Shown: positions 61,601-64,000 of the stretch, piece by piece | Position numbering within the stretch: the first letter of the stretch is position 1 | How the letters are laid out: each line of letters begins with the position of its first letter | Assembly (NCBI GenBank): GCA_963704645.1 | Contig: OY969926.1 | Coordinates: 1,208,641-1,272,640 of the forward strand | Length of the DNA: 64,000 bases | From: an uncultured bacterium | Lineage (GTDB): Bacteria > Patescibacteriota > JACMRA01 | Direction: 5' to 3' | Program-made: the position numbers and the translations under genes | The notes under the pieces: model-generated | Databases searched by the model: none | Seen by the model: only the letters and a program-made list of their open reading frames with translations | What the model was told of the DNA's origin: nothing

Positions 61601-63181
61601 GACAGTTATCCTTTTGCAGTTAATGAAGTTGTTCCTAATACAGCTATCATTGATTCTGTAGAAACTCCTGCCGATCAAGATTCTGCTTACGTAAACGTTA
61701 GATACACTAACCCTGATGTAAATATTACTAAGAATACAGTAAACGATCAGATCTACTTCAATAATGGAGATACAGTAGTTTATCCAATTGCATTTGCTAA
61801 TACTAGAACTCAACCTCTAACAGGAGTATATATTACCGATGTCTTAGATCCTAGATTAAACTTTAGTTCTTGTACTGGTTCTTGTACTTACACTGCTGCT
61901 ACTAGAACTGTAAGATGGGAAATTGGAGGTCTAGCTGTAGGAGAAAGTAGGACTTACAATCTAACAGTAACTATTAATGGTACTGGAGTTATTAACAACA
62001 AGGCTACTATCTTTACTAATGAAACTGATCCAGACTTTGATGATGTAAATATTATCATTACTCCTCTAGAGTTTGAAATTAAGATTGTTAAGTATTCTAG
62101 TGAAAGCACAGTAAGAAGAGGTGAGACTTACACATATACCTTAGATTACTTTAATCCTTCTGACATTACTCCTTTAAGTTCTGTTGTAATTACCGATGTA
62201 CTAGATTCTAAGATTACCTTTGCTGGTGCTTCTACTTGTAGCGGTGGTACTAAGAATTCTACTGGTACTATCATTGCTGTTATTCCTTGTACTCTATCTA
62301 CTAACGCTGGTGTACAAACCTTAACTTGGAATGTAGGAGGACTAACCCCAGGTCAAACTGGTCAAGTACAATTTGATGTTACTGTTAAAGCTGACGCTGC
62401 TCTTCAAACTATTCCTAACACTGCTGTAATTGATTCTGCTGAAACTGATCCAGATCAAAGTACTGTCTTTGTAGATGTTGTAGATTATGCTCTTGGAATA
62501 AACAAGACTCCATCAGCTTACACCTTTGAAATTAATCAAGCTAACCCTGCTGCTACCAATTACACTTACTTCTTAGACTATGAGAATAGTCAGACTACTG
62601 CTTTAACTGGTGTTGTAATTAGTGATACATTAGATTCTAAGATTAAGTTCATAGCTAATAGTTGTGCTGGAGGAAACTTAACTTCTACTGGTACTGTAGT
62701 TGCTGCCGTTAGTTGTACTTTAACTACAGACGGACAAGGAAGAGAAACCTTAACTTGGAATGTAGGTAACATGCCTGCTAACTCTAAGGGTAGAGTAAGC
62801 TTTAGAGTTAACTTTACTGACAGTTATCCTTTTGCAGTTAATGAAGTTGTTCCTAATACAGCTATCATTGATTCTGTAGAAACTCCTGCCGATCAAGATT
62901 CTGCTTACGTAAACGTTAGATACACTAACCCTGATGTAAATATTACTAAGAATACAGTAAACGATCAGATCTACTTCAATAATGGAGATACAGTAGTTTA
63001 TCCAATTGCATTTGCTAATACTAGAACTCAACCTCTAACAGGAGTATATATTACCGATGTCTTAGATCCTAGATTAAACTTTAGTTCTTGTACTGGTTCT
63101 TGTACTTACACTGCTGCTACTAGAACTGTAAGATGGGAAATTGGAACTCTGGCTGTAGGAGAAAGTAGGACTTTAATTTAA
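55610..63181 (+). CDS. Giant DUF11 (isopeptide-type Ig) tandem-repeat stalk protein; probably continues past 63181 and beyond the window
   Basis: Signal ending KIAKA; two C-x3-N-x-A-x19-C hairpins; then domains with K(T/Y)..Y.Y.L...N....V.I.D.LD..LTW.VG....NTA/NKA. The stop at 63181 follows a 1-nt deletion relative to the repeat consensus. Confidence 0.9.
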   Translation: MQNLKEGYYRLLKSLNNKANRKLLAIIGLAFICIVASIIFFGQNGADNLKIAKAGSCDIVNQAEIVVGGVITTTSTVIDQLNCTPTPVSCPLVNNASVTADGATQANANVTNQVNCTPDIDINKVTQSPKSFKADTEYYYNITFKNTGVVTLKDINIVDTLNSNLSFSGNTCNDVLRNIAGGTSLPFAYTNCVLNSTAGTLSFDYTGNLNVSQEFSFRVLAKIKTGSAINIDFNNVVVITGKSVVDDTVVNAQSQDVVRAIDYALGINKTPSAYTFEINQANPAATNYTYFLDYENSQTTALTGVVISDTLDSKIKFIANSCAGGNLTSTGTVVAAVSCTLTTDGQGRETLTWNVGNMPANSKGRVSFRVNFTDSYPFAVNEVVPNTAIIDSVETPADQDSAYVNVRYTNPDVNITKNTVNDQIYFNNGDTVVYPITFANTRTQPLTGVYITDVLDPRLNFSSCTGSCTYTAATRTVRWDVGNLAVGESRTYNLSVVVNGTGVINNKATIFTNETDPDFDDVNIIITPLEFEIKIVKYSSESTVRRGETYTYTLDYFNPSDITPLSSVVITDVLDSKITFAGASTCSGGTKNSTGTIIAVIPCTLSTNAGVQTLTWNVGGLTPGQTGQVQFDVTVKADAALQTIPNTAVIDSAETDPDQSTVFVDVVDYALGINKTPSAYTFEINQANPAATNYTYFLDYENSQTTALTGVVISDTLDSKIKFIANSCAGGNLTSTGTVVAAVSCTLTTDGQGRETLTWNVGNMPANSKGRVSFRVNFTDSYPFAVNEVVPNTAIIDSVETPADQDSAYVNVRYTNPDVNITKNTVNDQIYFNNGDTVVYPIAFANTRTQPLTGVYITDVLDPRLNFSSCTGSCTYTAATRTVRWEIGGLAVGESRTYNLTVTINGTGVINNKATIFTNETDPDFDDVNIIITPLEFEIKIVKYSSESTVRRGETYTYTLDYFNPSDITPLSSVVITDVLDSKITFAGASTCSGGTKNSTGTIIAVIPCTLSTNAGVQTLTWNVGGLTPGQTGQVQFDVTVKADAALQTIPNTAVIDSAETDPDQSTVFVDVVDYALGINKTPSAYTFEINQANPAATNYTYFLDYENSQTTALTGVVISDTLDSKIKFIANSCAGGNLTSTGTVVAAVSCTLTTDGQGRETLTWNVGNMPANSKGRVSFRVNFTDSYPFAVNEVVPNTAIIDSVETPADQDSAYVNVRYTNPDVNITKNTVNDQIYFNNGDTVVYPIAFANTRTQPLTGVYITDVLDPRLNFSSCTGSCTYTAATRTVRWEIGGLAVGESRTYNLTVTINGTGVINNKATIFTNETDPDFDDVNIIITPLEFEIKIVKYSSESTVRRGETYTYTLDYFNPSDITPLSSVVITDVLDSKITFAGASTCSGGTKNSTGTIIAVIPCTLSTNAGVQTLTWNVGGLTPGQTGQVQFDVTVKADAALQTIPNTAVIDSAETDPDQSTVFVDVVDYALGINKTPSAYTFEINQANPAATNYTYFLDYENSQTTALTGVVISDTLDSKIKFIANSCAGGNLTSTGTVVAAVSCTLTTDGQGRETLTWNVGNMPANSKGRVSFRVNFTDSYPFAVNEVVPNTAIIDSVETPADQDSAYVNVRYTNPDVNITKNTVNDQIYFNNGDTVVYPIAFANTRTQPLTGVYITDVLDPRLNFSSCTGSCTYTAATRTVRWEIGGLAVGESRTYNLTVTINGTGVINNKATIFTNETDPDFDDVNIIITPLEFEIKIVKYSSESTVRRGETYTYTLDYFNPSDITPLSSVVITDVLDSKITFAGASTCSGGTKNSTGTIIAVIPCTLSTNAGVQTLTWNVGGLTPGQTGQVQFDVTVKADAALQTIPNTAVIDSAETDPDQSTVFVDVVDYALGINKTPSAYTFEINQANPAATNYTYFLDYENSQTTALTGVVISDTLDSKIKFIANSCAGGNLTSTGTVVAAVSCTLTTDGQGRETLTWNVGNMPANSKGRVSFRVNFTDSYPFAVNEVVPNTAIIDSVETPADQDSAYVNVRYTNPDVNITKNTVNDQIYFNNGDTVVYPIAFANTRTQPLTGVYITDVLDPRLNFSSCTGSCTYTAATRTVRWEIGGLAVGESRTYNLTVTINGTGVINNKATIFTNETDPDFDDVNIIITPLEFEIKIVKYSSESTVRRGETYTYTLDYFNPSDITPLSSVVITDVLDSKITFAGASTCSGGTKNSTGTIIAVIPCTLSTNAGVQTLTWNVGGLTPGQTGQVQFDVTVKADAALQTIPNTAVIDSAETDPDQSTVFVDVVDYALGINKTPSAYTFEINQANPAATNYTYFLDYENSQTTALTGVVISDTLDSKIKFIANSCAGGNLTSTGTVVAAVSCTLTTDGQGRETLTWNVGNMPANSKGRVSFRVNFTDSYPFAVNEVVPNTAIIDSVETPADQDSAYVNVRYTNPDVNITKNTVNDQIYFNNGDTVVYPIAFANTRTQPLTGVYITDVLDPRLNFSSCTGSCTYTAATRTVRWEIGTLAVGESRTLI

Positions 63182-64000
63182 CAGTAACTATTAATGGTAC
63201 TGGAGTTATTAACAACAAGGCTACTATCTTTACTAATGAAACTGATCCAGACTTTGATGATGTAAATATTATCATTACTCCTCTAGAGTTTGAAATTAAG
63301 ATTGTTAAGTATTCTAGTGAAAGCACTGTAAGAAGAGGTGAGACTTACACATATACCTTAGATTACTTTAATCCTTCTGACATTACTCCTTTAAGTTCTG
63401 TTGTAATTACCGATGTACTAGATTCTAAGATTACCTTTGCTGGTGCTTCTACTTGTAGCGGTGGTACTAAGAATTCTACTGGTACTATCATTGCTGTTAT
63501 TCCTTGTACTCTATCTACTAACGCTGGTGTACAAACCTTAACTTGGAATGTAGGAGGACTAACCCCAGGTCAAACTGGTCAAGTAATTTGATGTTACTGT
63601 TAAAGCTGACGCTGCTCTTCAAACTATTCCTAACACTGCTGTAATTGATTCTCTGAAACTGATCCAGATCAAAGTACTGTCTTTGTAGATGTTGTAGATT
63701 ATGCTCTTGGAATAAACAAGACTCCATCAGCTTACACCTTTGAAATTAATCAAGCTAACCCTGCTGCTACCAATTACACTTACTTCTTAGACTATGAGAA
63801 TAGTTGGGTTGTTGCTTTAACTGGTGTTGTAATTAGTGATACATTAGATTCTAAGATTAAGTTCATAGCTAATAGTTGTGTGTTGGAGGAAACTTAACTT
63901 CTACTGGTACTGTAGTTGCTGCCGTTAGTTGTACTTTAACTACAGACGGACAAGGAAGAAGAAACCTTAACTTGGAATGTAGGTAACATGCCTGCTAACT
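56393..64000 (+). repeat. Near-identical 1218-bp tandem repeat (406 aa, three DUF11 domains per unit), more than 6 units
   Basis: GATTATGCTCTTGGAATA occurs at 56393, 57611, 58829, 60047, 61265, 62483 and 63697 (net -4 nt from indels after 63170). Confidence 0.97.

Noticed and set aside
56500-63727. Repeated 60-aa and 93-aa minus-strand ORFs
   Set aside because: They are antisense shadows of the 1218-bp coding repeat.
1-64000. Alternative genetic code (UGA recoded, as in Gracilibacteria/Absconditabacteria)
   Set aside because: Long genes such as topA and the 2523-aa stalk are open in code 11, and no genes appear fragmented at TGA.

Overview
AT-rich bacterial DNA in the standard genetic code. 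The gene set (topA, a divergent murG, tRNA-Trp, HTH-EgtD fusion, cohesin/dockerin proteins, giant surface proteins, A-rich leaders without SD motifs) suggests a CPR/Patescibacteria genome; this is an inference. Positions 1-15040 hold a >5000-aa minus-strand surface protein that the ORF track missed. It contains Cys-rich Ig repeats, NIDO, five 7-bladed RCC1 propellers each inserted inside an IPT/TIG domain, CUB, an SBBP propeller and Big_9 repeats. The middle carries topA, a two-nucleotidyltransferase + EEP operon with a divergent HTH-methyltransferase, a cohesin-dockerin pair, a CstR/CsoR-thioredoxin-CcdA module, murG and tRNA-Trp. After the tRNA come an IS256-variant element, a secreted lipase followed by an array of paralogous membrane proteins, and a DUF4365 nuclease between two HAD genes. 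The most striking feature is at 47.7-64 kb. Three paralogous adhesin-like genes with variable N-termini all end in a DUF11 domain that lacks its final Asn-bearing hairpin. They precede a giant DUF11 tandem-repeat stalk whose mature N-terminus carries two Cys-clamped orphan copies resembling that hairpin. This is a candidate natural split-isopeptide (tag/catcher) system for attaching interchangeable tips to a stalk. All domain calls are motif recognition by eye; no searches were run.
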